Of a stretch of 64,000 nucleotides of DNA, positions 39,637-52,620 are shown piece after piece (positions within the stretch are counted from its first letter, which is position 1; every line of letters begins with the position of its first letter). The notes under the pieces are model-generated. The model did no database searches and had not been told where the DNA came from. It saw only the letters and a program-made list of their open reading frames with translations. The position numbers and the translations under genes were made by a program. The stretch is from Squalus acanthias (taxonomy: Eukaryota): the NCBI GenBank assembly GCA_030390025.1, contig CM059425.1, positions 171,928,001 to 171,992,000 on the forward strand. The letters run 5' to 3'.

Positions 39637-41799
39637 TTGTATTTTGTACACCCATTATACACCCAAGCAGAATACTCAAATAAACCAAGTCGAAAATCAG
39701 AACCAGTCTTCATTTAAAAAGTAATAACTAGCTGATCTCCCAAGGTGTTGCTCACAGTAGATTGGAGGATATATTGTTTTACAAGGACAAGTGCATTGTA
39801 TTATGCAACGCATAATCAATTATTTTGCTACGGTGCAGCTGTGTGAAACCCGATGTGCCCTTTTTAAGGCCATAAGGCCTCAGTGTCGTCTCTTCCTGTG
39901 TCAATGAGAGGCTACTTGCTTTTAAGCAGATGCCACAGTTAACTGGCAAGTCAGAAGAAATAGACGAGATAATTTTTTTTTTAAAGTGACATCTGAAGTA
40001 TGATAGACTCATCTCAAAGCTCTTAGATAAATGATTATCTGGACACTAATAGCGCAGTGAATGCCTCATGTGCAATGTTTACAAGCCTATTTAACCATAA
40101 TTAATCATGTCTTACACTTTTATTCCTGGTTTTGAAAACTCAAGCTGAAGCACCTTCTCTAGTATTTCTCTCAGTTCATTGCTCCTTTGAAACTCACAGG
40201 ATTAAGTCATTATTCACAGTTTACAATGACCATAAAAAACTACATCATTAGTGTTCGACACGCCACACACTAACTCTCCAAAGAAAAATGGTGTAAACAT
40301 CATGAAGAACATGGATAATTTGTGCCAAAGAGGTGACGTGTTTTTACTCATTTATTTCATCTTTCTTAAATAATGTTCATCCCACTGAACATTTACCAAT
40401 ATTGCTTCCCCCACTGGCTGCACATTGACCATCCTCAGCTCAGCGAGGTTGAGAGACAGTGACAGGCACAGCCCTGGTCACAGCACCTCAAACCTACTGG
40501 GATAAATAGTTTCTTCACTTCTCAAAGCAGGTAAGAGTACACAAAATAAAAATTGATTTTTCTCATTATTACTTATAAAAAGCAGGGGGGGGGGCAATAG
40601 ATGCGAGGGAAGAATGGGAGTAAACAGTTATGTCCGTATGCCTTGGTAGTCTTCCAGAAAGTGGACTTTGGCAGCAAGATCTCAGTACTGGGTTCAAATG
40701 TTGAGAATCTATTGATGTGTACATTATGTTCCCATGGCTCAGTGCAGCTTCTCTGAATATTTTTTTTTATATAAACGGTTTCAAGTTTGCTCCCATCACG
40801 TGTCATATTTTCTCATTATTCTTAATAATCTCTTCAAATATGAGCAAAAGTTGTATGTGACTTATATGTTATGACATAATTCATATTTTAGCCAGTATCA
40901 GGTTGCCCGTGTCAGAATAAGTTTAGGTTGTTGCCTTAGATATTCTCTGGGGTACAGAGATGCTGGTCACTCTCATAAGTGGTCTGACTGCCTTATGTTT
41001 CGAGGGGTGTCTGTACTGCCCAATATCTAACATGATAGCGTAACCCAAAAGTGTAACAACAGCACCTCCCAGTGATATGAAATGTACATTGTGTTTTTTG
41101 CACAAATTTCCAAATGCTTGCTAAGATGAGATACAAATCATGAAGTTGCTTTATTTCACAGACAGAAGTGAACGTAAGAGAGCAAGTTATCATCAGATTT
41201 ACTTCAGCCAATCAGTTCAACTGCTCTTCACACAATATGACGAGCACGCTACACTTCTCCACATCAGCGGATTGTCTTTCCCGACTTAAATAAAATAACT
41301 CGTAACTACCGTCCTGCATTGTCCTTTTGAGCCGAGCGAAAGCTTGCCCTCGCTTCTATGTTTAGAAACCAGACTGACTGCCCATCTGTCTTTTTTTCCA
41401 ATCTCCACGTGTTCACAACCAAAGGAGGTCCAGTGCCAAAAAATCTCTGCCAGCACACAGAACAAAGGACCACCCAACACAATGAGTGCAAGATCAGCAT
41501 TTTAATAATCTTTCATCTCAAGCGCCTTAAAATAAAACTTGTGAAAATACTTAGAAACTTAAAAGTAACTCTATTCCCCCCCAAATTCTTACTACAGAAA
41601 AAGTCGCAAAGATTTCCAAAATGACATGTACCCATTTCTCAAATCAAATTAATTAAGATCATAAAACATTGCAGTACACTCTTCAAATTTCACTTGCAAC
41701 TTATTTTATAAACAAGAGTTCACAAAAGGCCAGCATTTATTGATGATGATGGGAGGAAAAAAGGAAGGAGGCAGGGGAAAAAAAAGGGGAGAAATTTCC

Positions 41800-42630
41800 T
41801 CCAACTAAATATTGGGAAGACCGAAGCCATTGTCTTCGGTCCCCGCCACAAACTTCGTTAAATGGCCACTCACTCCATCCCTCTCCCTTGCAACTGTCAG
41901 AGGCTGAACCAGACTACTTGCAACCTTGGTGTCGTATTTGACCCAGAGATAAGCTTCTGACCACATATCCGCGCCATCACTAAGACCGCCTATTTCCACC
42001 TCCAGAACATCGCCCAACTCCACTGCTGCCTCAGCGCACCTGCTCCTGAAAGTCACATCCATGCCTTTGTTACCTCTGGACTCGACTACTCCAATGAATT
42101 CCTTGCAGGTCTTGCATCTTCCACCCTCCATAAATTTAGGCTCATACAAAACTCGGCTGCCCGTGTCCTAACTCGCACCAAGTCCCGTTCACCCATCAGC
42201 CCTGTGCTCGCTGACCTAGATTGACTCCCAATTAAGCACTGCCTCGATTTTAAAATTCTCATCCTGGTTTTCAAATCCCTCCATGGCCTCGCCCCTCCCA
42301 TGCTCTAATCTCCTCCAGCCCCACAACCCTCTGAGATATCTGCGCTCCTCCAATGCTAGCCTCTTGCACATCGCTGATTTTAATCACTCCACCATTGGTG
42401 GCCGTGCCTTCAGCTGCCGAGGCCCGAAGCTCTGGAATTTCCTCCCGACCTCTCTTGCCTCTTAAGACTCTCCTTAAAGCCTGCCTCTCTGAACAAGGTT
42501 TTGGTCATCTACCTTAATATCCCCTTATGTGGCTCAGCGTCAAATTTTGTTTGACAACATTCCTGTGAAGCACCGTGGGATGTTTTACGACGTTAAAGAC
42601 ACTCTATAAATGCAAGTTGTTGTTGCTGTT
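41800..42630 (+). mobile_element. L2 LINE 3' part
   Basis: LNIGKTEAIVFG, HAFVTSGLDYSN and GGRAFS...PKLWN; tail TATAAATGCAAGTTGTTGTTG. Confidence 0.88.
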
Positions 42631-43644
42631 GAGGGAGGAAGGGATGAAGCGAGAAAGGGAACAAGAGGCGTGTGAAAACTATTGGTTTGTGTCCTCACCT
42701 CTTCAAAACCCTAATCAGCTCAAGGTTCGACTCACAACCACTCTCCGACAAAGTTCCACACAACGATGATTATCACCCTGTTCCACTGGCTCAGTGAGCA
42801 CCCCGCACCCCATCAACTTGATGATCCTCATTGCAGCCTCTCTGTGTTCCCCTCCAGCTCTTCTGGTTGGGGAGTACTACTAGTTTTCTTTCCCTTTGCT
42901 CCATCACTGGAAACTGGTCCAACCAATGCCTATTAAATTTCTGCCCTGCAACCAATTCCTCCCAAATCCACTTAGAGTTACTCCCTTGCTTCACACCTTC
43001 AAAAGCCTGCAAACACAAATCTTCGGCTGTGCCTTCAATCTTCCCTTAATCACCTACTTTTCCTGCCAAGTGTCCAGCTCTCCCCTTGGCAACACTCAGG
43101 ACATTTTATGTGACAAACTATTAGAAATGCAGTTGTGTACTGTTCCCTTTTCACTTTGATAAGCACATTTTCCAAAATAAACATTTTAAATGGAACAGAA
43201 AAAAACCTCATGCAAGAATATTTGTCCTGTCCACAAAATATTGTGCGGCAGATCAACTGCTGTTAAGATAGACAATTTATTGAAGGAGAAAAAGCCAAAA
43301 AAGATTGAAAATGCAATTACGGCGAGAATGAAAATAGCTTGAAACAGGATTTGTTGAAAGAGAATGTTTGTTTACGAAGCTGCACTGCAAGAATACAGAA
43401 CAGAAAAGCCACAAATTACTGCATTCAATTTTTAGCCATAATCAAACAAACCACTGTTTAAAGGAAACATGCCAGACTCTTCTTTAAGGAAAGGTTTTGT
43501 CAACACACATCGGAGACCATTGAACAAAATTAAACTCACTTAGCTTCCACTACCCTTAATTCTCAACGCCTCACAAATTACCTCCCTGGTCCCCCTCAGC
43601 ACTCGGGGATAAATACCATGCAAACCTGAGAATATCTTCATGTT

Positions 43645-44066
43645 TTGGTCGGAAGGTTGTGGGTTCAAGTCCCACTCCAGGTACTTGAGCACAAAATCTA
43701 GGCTAACACTCCAGTGCAGTGCTGAGGGAGTGCTGCACTGTCAGAGGTGCCGTCTTTCGGATGAGACGTTAAACCAGGTGCTGCTCTCTCAGGTGGATGC
43801 AAAAGTTCCCATGGCACTATTTCGAATAAGAGCAGCAGCGTTATCCCCAATGTCCTGGCCAATATTTATCCCTCAATCAACATCACTAAAACAGATTATC
43901 TGGTCATTATCACATTGCTGTTTGTGGGAGCTTGCTGTGCGCAAATTGGCTGCTGCATTTCCTACATTACAACAGTGACTACACAGAAAAAGTACTTCAT
44001 TGGCTGTAAAGCACTTTGGGACTTACGGTGTTCGTGAAAGGCGCTATACAAATGCAAGTCTTTCTT
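43645..44066 (+). mobile_element. Deu-domain SINE (SacSINE1/AmnSINE1-like) with L2-type tail
   Basis: B box GGTTCAAGTCC, Deu core GGTGCCGTCTTTCGGATGAGACGTTAAACC...CCCATGGCACTATTTCG, tail AAAGGCGCTATACAAATGCAAGTCTTTCTT. Confidence 0.82.
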
Positions 44067-44244
44067 CGCCTTTTAGCTCGTCCAGGGCTCCATTTCATTC
44101 ACATAGAAGTCATGAATTTTGTCTAGGTTATCTCTGATTAGGGAGGGCATGTTGCTCAAGACTTCTCTGTGAATTCTTGGAGGATGTAATCATTTAGAAT
44201 ATTTATTATATTGCATTCATCCTCAGTTTGAATTTCTTTTATTT

Positions 44245-44510
44245 GAAAGGTAATTGGCAAAGTGCCAGAGGCGAGATGAGAACATTTTTTACCCAGCAAG
44301 TTATGATCTGGAATGCACTGCCTGAAAGGATGGTGGAAGCAGATTCAATAGCAACTTTCAAAAGGGAATTGGATAAATTCTTGAAGGGGAGAAAATTGCA
44401 GGGTGATGGGGATAGAGCAGGGGAATGGAACTAATTAGATAGCTCTTTCAAAGAGCCAGCACAGGCACGATGGGACGAATGGGCTCCTTCTGTGCTGCAA
44501 GATTCTATGA
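44245..44510 (+). mobile_element. CR1 3' end
   Basis: FFTQ...IWNALPERMVEADS...FKRELD. A related copy lies at ~49185-49415. Confidence 0.8.
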
Positions 44511-45481
44511 AAGGATTAATTGGAGTATTAGCACAAGTCTTCTATTGACTTGGAGTGATTTAATAGTTAACTTTTAACCTTTATGTGATGAAACACGATT
44601 TTTAAATTGAAATGTCTTACAACTGTACAGCTACACAACAATTCTAAGATGGTGACCATTGAACTTTTGAACCGAGCCTGACCTTTACAGCATCGGCAGA
44701 TTTTAATATGAAGTAACTAACTGATTAATGAAGAAGTTAATTGGGAATGTGCCAATATGTGTTGATCTCAAACTTGAGAGCACCGCAAGAACTGATATCA
44801 TTGCAAGGATAAAACATCTGGGTAAAACATTATCTTTTTAATTAGAGTTTAGAACCAAGGACTAGTGCTGAATGACACATAATCAAAGACAGATTAGCAG
44901 TTTTTACTTGGTGGAATAGCAATTACAGGTAACATAAAATTTGTGCAGTAAGATAATGAAATAGGGAGTTATTCTGATCTGGTTAGCTGAACAGAAAAAG
45001 AGCTTGTTAGTGAGGACATCAGCTTAACAGTTATTGATAAGGTATCGGTTCTTATTTTTTCCTTACACGGACTTGTTTTTAAACTTTTGGCACCATCGTG
45101 TAATGTGAAAATGTGTCACGCAGTAGGGATAAAAGAAAAGTATAAAAAGTGATGAATTGGTCACAAAACTTTGGATTTGAAGGATTCAATCAACCCAAAT
45201 GCTGCACTCAGAACTGCAACCTGTTTTCCCAACAATCAGGTGTGGCCGTAAGCAATGCTCCCGCTACGGTCGCGCAGCTCTCTGCCGGTCCCAGCTTTTT
45301 CAACGTTAAATTTTGCGCATGCACACAACTGTGAATGGGACATGCATCCAAAAAGAAATTAGGGTCACATTGGCTACGTACTATATGATTAAGTGTCTGC
45401 ACCGTGGCTGTAATGTGTACTATTCACAGGATGCACTGCAGCAACTCGCCAAGGCTTCATCGACAGTACCTCACAAACCCA

Positions 45482-46894
45482 AAAGGAATAAACGGGTTAT
45501 TTCAGGTTAGCAGGCTGTTACTAGTGGCACACCGCAAGGATCAGAGCCGAGGCCTCAGCTATTTACAATCTATATTAATGACTTAGATGAAGGGACCGAG
45601 TGTAATGTATCCAGGTTTATTGACGATACAAAGCTAGGTGGGAAAGTAAAACAGAGTCTGTCAAAGGATAGATAAGTGAGTGGGCAAGAAGGTGGCAAAT
45701 GGAGTAAAGTGTGAGGTTATTCACTTTGATAGGAAGAATAGAAAAACAGATTTATTTATTTTTTTAAATGGTGAGAAGCTATTAAAAGTTGGTGTTCTTT
45801 CAGGACAGCATGGAATTTTACTTGGAGCTGGTGTATTTGGTCACCGCCTTTGTCCCTTCCGACACGGCGTGCTTGGCCAGCTCACCGGGCAGCAGCAGGC
45901 ACACGGCGGTCTGGATCTCCTGGGAGCTGATGGTGTGCCGTTTGTTGTAATGGGTCAGGCGGGAAGCCTCACCCGCGATGCGCTCGAAAATATCGTTCAC
46001 AAACGAGTTCATGATGCTCATGGCCTTGGAAGAGATGCCGGTGTCGGGGTGAACCTGCTTCATCACTTTGTAGATGGAGTAAGTCTCCTTCCTCGACTTT
46101 CTGCGCTTCTTGCCGCCCTTTGCTGCCGGTTTAGTGACGGTTTTCTTGGCACCCTTCTTGGCAGCTGTTTTCTTTTCGTCAACCATCCTCAAACTAGATT
46201 TATTTGGGTGTCCTTATACCCACAAAGAAAGTTAACCTGCAGGTACTGCAAGCAATTAGGATATTGGCCTTTATTGCAAGGGCGTTGGAGTACAAGAGTA
46301 AGGAAGTCTTGCTACAATTGCAAAGGGCTTTGGTGAGAGCACACCCGAGTACTGTGCAGTTTTGGTCTCCTTAACTGAGGAAGGATATACTTGCCTTAGA
46401 GTGGGTGCAACCAAGGTTCACTACATTGATCCCTGGGATGAGAGGGTTGTCCTGGGAGGAGAGATCGAGTAGATTGGGCCTATTCTCTCTCGAATTTAGA
46501 AGAATGAGATGTGATCTCATTGAAACATACAAGATTCTGAGGGGGATTGACTGAGAGGCTGTTTCCCCTGGCTGGAGAGTCGAGAACTAGAGGGCATAGT
46601 CTCAGAATAAAGGGTCGGCCATTTAGGACAGCGATGAGGAGAAATGTCTTCACTCAGAGGGTTGTGAATCTTTGGAATTCTCTACCCCAAAGTGCTGTAG
46701 ATGCTCAGTCCTCGAGTATATTCAAGGCTGAGATCAATAGATTTTTGGACTCATGGGGAATCAAGGGATATGGGGATTGGGCAGGAAAGTGGAGTTGAAG
46801 TCAAAGATCAGCCATGATCTTATTGAATGGGAGAACAGGCTCGAGAGGCCGTACAGCCTACTCCTTCTCCTATTTCTTATGTCTTATGTTTCTT
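45482..46894 (+). mobile_element. 5'-truncated CR1 hosting the H2B insert, itself inside a family 2 LINE tail (~45400-45481 and ~46895-47115)
   Basis: RT and C-terminal motifs. Direct repeat AAACCCA at 45475-45481 and 46895-46901. The family 2 sequence is contiguous across the CR1. Confidence 0.85.
45818..46186 (-). pseudogene. H2B: Histone H2B copy (122 codons, frame open but decayed) inserted in a CR1 remnant
   Basis: MVDEKK...[35 protein letters not shown]...[26 protein letters not shown]. It has a 2-aa deletion (YSIYKV) and R>Q, R>C and A>T changes at conserved positions. There is no promoter or 3' stem-loop, and both flanks are CR1 sequence. Confidence 0.88.
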
Positions 46895-47980
46895 AAACCC
46901 ACGACCTCCACCACCTAGAGGGACAAGGGCAGCAACTGGATGGGAACACCATCCTGATATGGACAAATATCGCCTTTCTTTCATCATCTCTGGGTCAAAA
47001 TCCTGCAACTCCCTATCTAACAGCACTGCGGGAGTACCTTCACCATGTGGACTGCAGCAGTTCAAGAAGGCAGCTCACCACTAACTTCTCACGGGCAATA
47101 AATGCCAGCATTGCTATTTTTTTTTTCATATAATTCATTTTCAGGATAGGAATGTCGCTGGCAGGCATTTATTGATGAGTGCACTGACTGGCCATGGAGT
47201 AATGCTGATAAAATTCACAACCAATTACACGTCAGACAATTCACTCTCCCAACTGAAGGAGGCTGTGTGAGGGATGATCAACTCTTTTCAGCGAGTAGAG
47301 AACACGTTATTAATTTAATTAATAAAATCTTTCAAACCCATTTTTAAGTACTTGGCAGACACACAGGACTTTACTTTTTTTTTAATTATTTACTCATGGG
47401 ATGTGGGCACCACTGGCAAGGCAAGCATTTATTGCCCATCCCTAAATGCCCTTGTGAAGGTGGTGGTGAGCCGCCTTATACAATTGAGTGGTTGTATAGC
47501 TAGGCCATTTCAGAGGGCAGTTAGGAGTCAACCACATTGCTGTGGGTCTGGAGTCACATATAGGCCAGACCAGGTAAGGACAGCAGATTTCCCTCCCTAA
47601 GGAACATTAGTGAACCAGATGGGTTTTTACAACAATCCATTAGTTACATGGTCACAATTACTGATAGTAGCATTTTATTCCAGATTTATTTAATTAAATT
47701 TAAATTCCCCAGCTGCCGTGGTAGGATTTGACCTCATGTCTCCAGAGAACATAACCACTATGCAACCGTACCCCTACATCATTTATTACAAACTGAATCA
47801 GCACAGGAGCAGTATATCTTAGCACAGTAAGTTGTTTTAATATTCCCTCCTCTCAAAACCTAATTTACCTAAATATGTAACCTGTGAATCTGATTTATAT
47901 TCATTTAAAATAAAAAAGCAGATTTGTCTTCCAGCATTATTTTTCCAAATTCTAGATTAATAAGATAGCAAAGTCCATAC

Positions 47981-48103
47981 CTGCTGTCGCCCACTGAGGT
48001 CCAGCTGCTTCCAAAACTGAAAATCTAAACCAAGATCACGCCAGTACTTGCAAACCAAAGATGCTGAAAGACATCTTTCCTTCAGCGATAAATGAGCAAA
48101 GAC
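47981..48103 (-). CDS. FBXL17: FBXL17-family coding exon 2 (123 nt, F-box)
   Basis: Not in the ORF track. My translation is VFAHLSLKERCLSASLVCKYWRDLGLDFQFWKQLDLSGRQQ. Acceptor TTTCAG|, donor CAG|GTATGG, phase 0 at both ends. Confidence 0.95.
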
Positions 48104-48379
48104 CTGAAATGAAAAAATGTTACTGATCAGAAGCTATATTGTCAACATTTACAATAAATTACATCACTATGGGTGGCTTATCAAATGTGCTCTCTAACCT
48201 CTGCAGGCCAATTAATACTTCCATATAGCAAGGATCAAGAAAGCAAACACCACGTTAGCTAAATTCTCTATTTCACATCTATTCTGATAACAAAGATTAA
48301 AAACAAACAGAATAATAGAAAGGAAACAGAGAAAGCATCAACAGGAGAGCAACATTTGCTCCCAGTCAGACTGGCATAT

Positions 48380-48498
48380 GAGAGAGCGAGAAGGGGAAAG
48401 TGCACGAGAAGGAGGGAGAGAGAGTGAGAAGGAAAGCGAGAGGGAGAAGGAGAGAGGGGAGAGACAGAGAGGAGAGAGGGAGATAGAAAGAGAAGGGG
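48380..48498. repeat. GA-rich low-complexity tract
   Basis: Imperfect (GA)n. Confidence 0.85.
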
Positions 48499-49667
48499 CA
48501 GGTCATCAGTCTGTCCTTTTCACTTTAGATCGTGTATGGCCCATCGACACCAACATGCAAAAAGGGAGAATTTGTAGCGGCATGGAAAATAAATGAGCAA
48601 TAGGGGCAAAACAAAGAACATAGTGCAAGACGAGCCAGAATCGCAGCCTGTGTGTCGGGTACGACAAGTTAATATATACTTTAAAAATACTTAAATAAAT
48701 TTAAAAACAGGCTGCCAACAGGGGTGGTTCCTGGAGGACCCAGGAGTGGTGGCAAAGGCCAGTGCCTGCAGGAGAAGGCAACAGACAAATGTAAATTTTA
48801 CACGGGAGAGGAGCGAGTTGGCTGAAAGGCAACTGTAAAAAGTTTTTTTTTTAAATAAATTAAATTGCAAAAATGTAAAATGAAAGCTAAAATTTAGAAC
48901 TAAAACTTAACTCAAGAGAAAGTAACATTGTTAATGGAATCTCAGCTACACCCAGTGGGCAGTTTGTGAAATGACAGCAGGACAATTTAAAAAGACTTTT
49001 CATTCTAAATACAGACTGAGGAAATTACTGGAAAAGTTGACAAAAAAACTATGACCAAAAAAAATGAAGTAGGGTTTTGCAGACAGGAATTGCACAGATA
49101 AGATACAAGTCAATCTCCTGTGGCATTGCAGACAGCCAGTCGAGCCCAAATTAAATCTTCAAGTGAAAAAAGATTAGAGAGCACTTTTTTAAGCAGCGAC
49201 TGGTTAGGATCTGGAATGCGCTGCCTGAAAGGGTGGTGGAAGCAGATTCAATCGTGGCTTTCAAAAGGGAATTGGATAAGTACCTGAAGGAAAAAAATTG
49301 AGGGCTACAGGGAAAGGGTGGGGGAGTGGGACTAGCTGAAATGCTCTTGCAGAGAGCCAGCACGGGCTCGATGGGCTGAATGGCCTCCTTCTGTGTTGTA
49401 ACCATTCTGTTATTCTATGCATATACATATTCAGTCCCCATTTTTAAAATCAGGCAATTATATAGTGAATACCAAAATTTACAGGAAATTTGGAAGCGGA
49501 GTAGCTTTGATTGGAACATCGGAATTTCTCCGCAGTACAGGTTGAGGTGCTGGGAATAAAGTAAGTCCCTACAGCACCAGCAGGAAGGTGTCACCACACT
49601 GCGTACAAGCAGTTTTTATTTTAAATATGGGTTTCGAAATTTCGAATGTAAAAAGCTGACAAATATG

Positions 49668-49670
<3 letters not shown>

Positions 49671-49720
<50 letters not shown>
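49671..49720. repeat. (AC)25 microsatellite
   Basis: Perfect dinucleotide run. Confidence 0.98.
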
Positions 49721-49723
<3 letters not shown>

Positions 49724-49789
49724 TGCACTTCCTTGTTGTTGAACTTCAGCAACTTCCATATGGGAGGGAGCATATATATATATATTTTT

Positions 49790-49993
49790 TGATTGCCGTG
49801 ATTGTCTCTCTGCCGAGGTGTGATAAAGGGCAGTTAGAAAGATTAACTGTTGTCGTCTGGCATTGTTCTCTGACTATTTATGCTGTGCCCATATGTATTT
49901 CTTCACTTCACCTGACGAAGGAGCAGCGCTCCGAAAGCCTGTGATTTCAAATAAAGCTGTTGGACTATAACCTGGTGTTGTGCGACTTCTCAC
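49790..49993 (+). mobile_element. Penelope-like family A terminal repeat, single arm
   Basis: TCAC-CTGACGAAGGAGCAGCGCTCCGAAAGCCT-GTGATTTCAAATAAAGCTGTTGGACTATAACCTGG matches the 53.8 kb arm. The conserved U of the cleavage triplet is changed to C. Confidence 0.75.
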
Positions 49994-50236
49994 TATTTCT
50001 TAGAGCAGGGGAGTTATCCCCAGTGTCCTGGCCACTATTTATCCCTCAATCAACATAACAAAAACAGATTATCTGGTCATTGCTGTTTGTGGGAGCTTGC
50101 TGTGCACAAATTGGCTGCCGTGTTTCCCACATTACAACAGTGACTACACTTCAAAAGTACTTCATTGGCTGTAAAGCGCTTTGAGACATCCGGTGGTTGT
50201 GAAAGGAGCTATATGAATGCAAGTCTTTCTTTCTTT
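49994..50236 (+). mobile_element. Deu-domain SINE, 3' half
   Basis: GAGCAGGGGAGTTATCCCC...ATGCAAGTCTTTCTTTC matches the other copies. Confidence 0.8.
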
Positions 50237-50867
50237 GTTTCCCCATTATATAAAACTTGAACTTCAGTGACAATAGAGTACAGTAAGTACTAAAGCATCG
50301 CTAGATTAATGTTTAATTACAACAGCTAGAAATACCATGATAGAAATTGAAAATTTTTTTCCACCCCATCATAGTTTATTTAAATGTACATAATTATGCA
50401 TCTTCAGACTTGAAGCAGTATGTCAGACAGCACTTCCCACAGTATTGCCTGTTGGGAAATTACCAGCCACAAACACACCAGCACCACACCCCTCAGAAGG
50501 GCACTCGCCACAGACGACAGATTTTGCCATAGACATCAACTTTGTAATATTTAAAGGACAGTAAGTTTGACCACCTTCCTCTTAGGATGGTTCTTCCTTG
50601 GCTGGTGCAAGACCTCTTCTTCCTCGTAGCACCACCATGAAGTCTCAGTAGAAGGTGCACATTTCAATCAGGTCAATTAATCAATCCATTGTTACGGAAA
50701 ATCAACCACTTCAAATCCAAGACTACAAACCTCCATCAACCGCACTTGCAAACATCAGAAGCTTTCAAACAACATTGTTCCCCTAAAACCACCTTCAACA
50801 TTGTTCAATTCATTTCATAAGAGCAGAAGATTCCAAAGCATTTCATTCCTATCAGCACATATATTAG

Positions 50868-51407
50868 TGGCAGTGTCAGCTGTGGCTCATAGAAACATAG
50901 AAACTAGGAGCAGGAGTAGGCCATTCGGCCAGTCGAGCCTGCTCCACCATTCAATACGAGGGGAGCACACTCGCCTCTGAGTCAGAAGGTTGTGGGTTCA
51001 AGTCCCACTCCAGGGACTTGAGCACATAAATCTGGGCTGACGCTCCAGTGCAGTGCTGAGGGAGCGTTGCAATGTCGGAGGTGCCGTCTTTCAGATGAGA
51101 CGTTAAACCAAGGCCCCTTCTGCTCTCAGGTGGATGTAAAAGATCCCACGGCACTATTTCGAAGAAGAGCAGGGGAGTTATCCCCGGTGTCCTGGTCAAT
51201 ATTTATCCCTCAATTAACGTAACAAAAACAGATTATCTGGTCATTATTACATTGCTGTTTGTGGGAGCTTGCTGTGCGCAAATTGGCTGCCGCGTTTCCC
51301 ACATTACAACAGTGACTACATTCCAAAAGTACTTCATTGGCTGTAAAGCACTTCGAGAAGTCCGGTGGTCGTGAAAGGCGCTATATAAATGCAAGTCTTT
51401 CTTTCTT
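50868..51407 (+). mobile_element. Deu-domain SINE with its head interrupted by a ~70-bp inverted CR1/HE1 tail (50889-50960)
   Basis: Same core and tail as 43645-44066. CATAGAAACATAGAAACTAGGAGCAGGAGTAGGCC is inserted after TGTGGCT. Confidence 0.82.
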
Positions 51408-51699
51408 ATATTAATGTGCACGTGAAAAGATGCCGGCATTATCCCCATGATACCTGGAGAAACTATAGATTTTCAAATTACAGTATGCTTTTTGCACAAT
51501 ATATCAAAGGCATGTCTTTGTACAACTGCAAAGAAACCCCAGTCTTGGCAGAAGTATTGCTGAAGCATAAAGTATCAGCTGAAAATCACAGAAAAGTTAG
51601 AAATAAGGCAGACTTGCAATGATCTGATGCTATCCTGCAGCGAGTCCACATTCACCAATCACTCCTCTCGTAGACCTACATTGGTTGGCTCTCAATCTC

Positions 51700-52620
51700 C
51701 CAACAACTTGCATTTATACAGCGCCTTTAATGCAATAAAACGTCCCAAGGCGCTTCACAGGAGCATTAGGATGCAAAATTTGACAACAAGCCACAGAGAG
51801 ATTAGGGCAGATGAACAAAAGCTTGGTCAGAGGTAGGTTTTAAAGGGTGACTTGAGGAGAGACAGACAGAGGTTGAGGGAGGGAATTCCAAAGTTTGGGG
51901 CCTCGGCAGCTGAAGGCACGGTCGCCAATGGTGGACTGAAGGAAATCTGATGCGCAAGAGACCAGAATTGGAGGAGCACAGAGATCTCAGAGGGTTGTAG
52001 GGCTGGAGGAGGTTACAAAGATAGGGAGGGGTGAGGCCGCGGAGGGATAAACACACAAGTTTAAGAATTTGTTAACAGAGGCGTTGCCGGACTGAGAGCC
52101 AATATAGGTCAGCAAGCAGAGGGGTGATGGGTGAGTGGGACTTGGTGCAAGTAAGGATACGGACAGCAGAGTTTTGAATGAACTCATGTTTACAGAGGGT
52201 GCTAGGTGGGAGGCCGGCCAGGAGAGCACTGGAATAGTCAACTCTGGAAGTAACGAAAGTCTTGGATGAGGGTTTCAGCAGCAGATGGGCCAAGATCAGG
52301 GCAGAGACGAGCAATGTTACATCTCAAATCCCTTCATGGCCACGCCCCTCTACATCTCTGCATTCTTCCAATGCTGACTTGCTGTGCATCTTCCACCCCA
52401 CCACTGGCTGCCATGCTTCTCCTGTCTGGGCCCGAACCTCAAGAATTTCCTCCCCAAGACTCCCTACTGCCAAGACCTTCTTTAAAAACCGCCTCTTTGA
52501 ATAAGCTTTTAATCATCCTCCTAATATCATCTGCTGTGGCTCGGAGTCAATTTTTGTCCAATTATGCTACGGTGAAGCGCCTTGCGACATTTTTTCTATG
52601 TTTAAAACACTATATGTGGG
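51700..52620. mobile_element. L2 3' fragments in opposite orientations (~51700-52315 minus, ~52320-52620 plus)
   Basis: FVTSRVDYSSALLAGLP and IQNSAVRILT; similar to 41800-42630. Confidence 0.75.

Noticed and set aside
45680..46336. 218-aa plus-strand ORF
   Set aside because: Antisense shadow of H2B joined to CR1 sequence; no independent gene signals.
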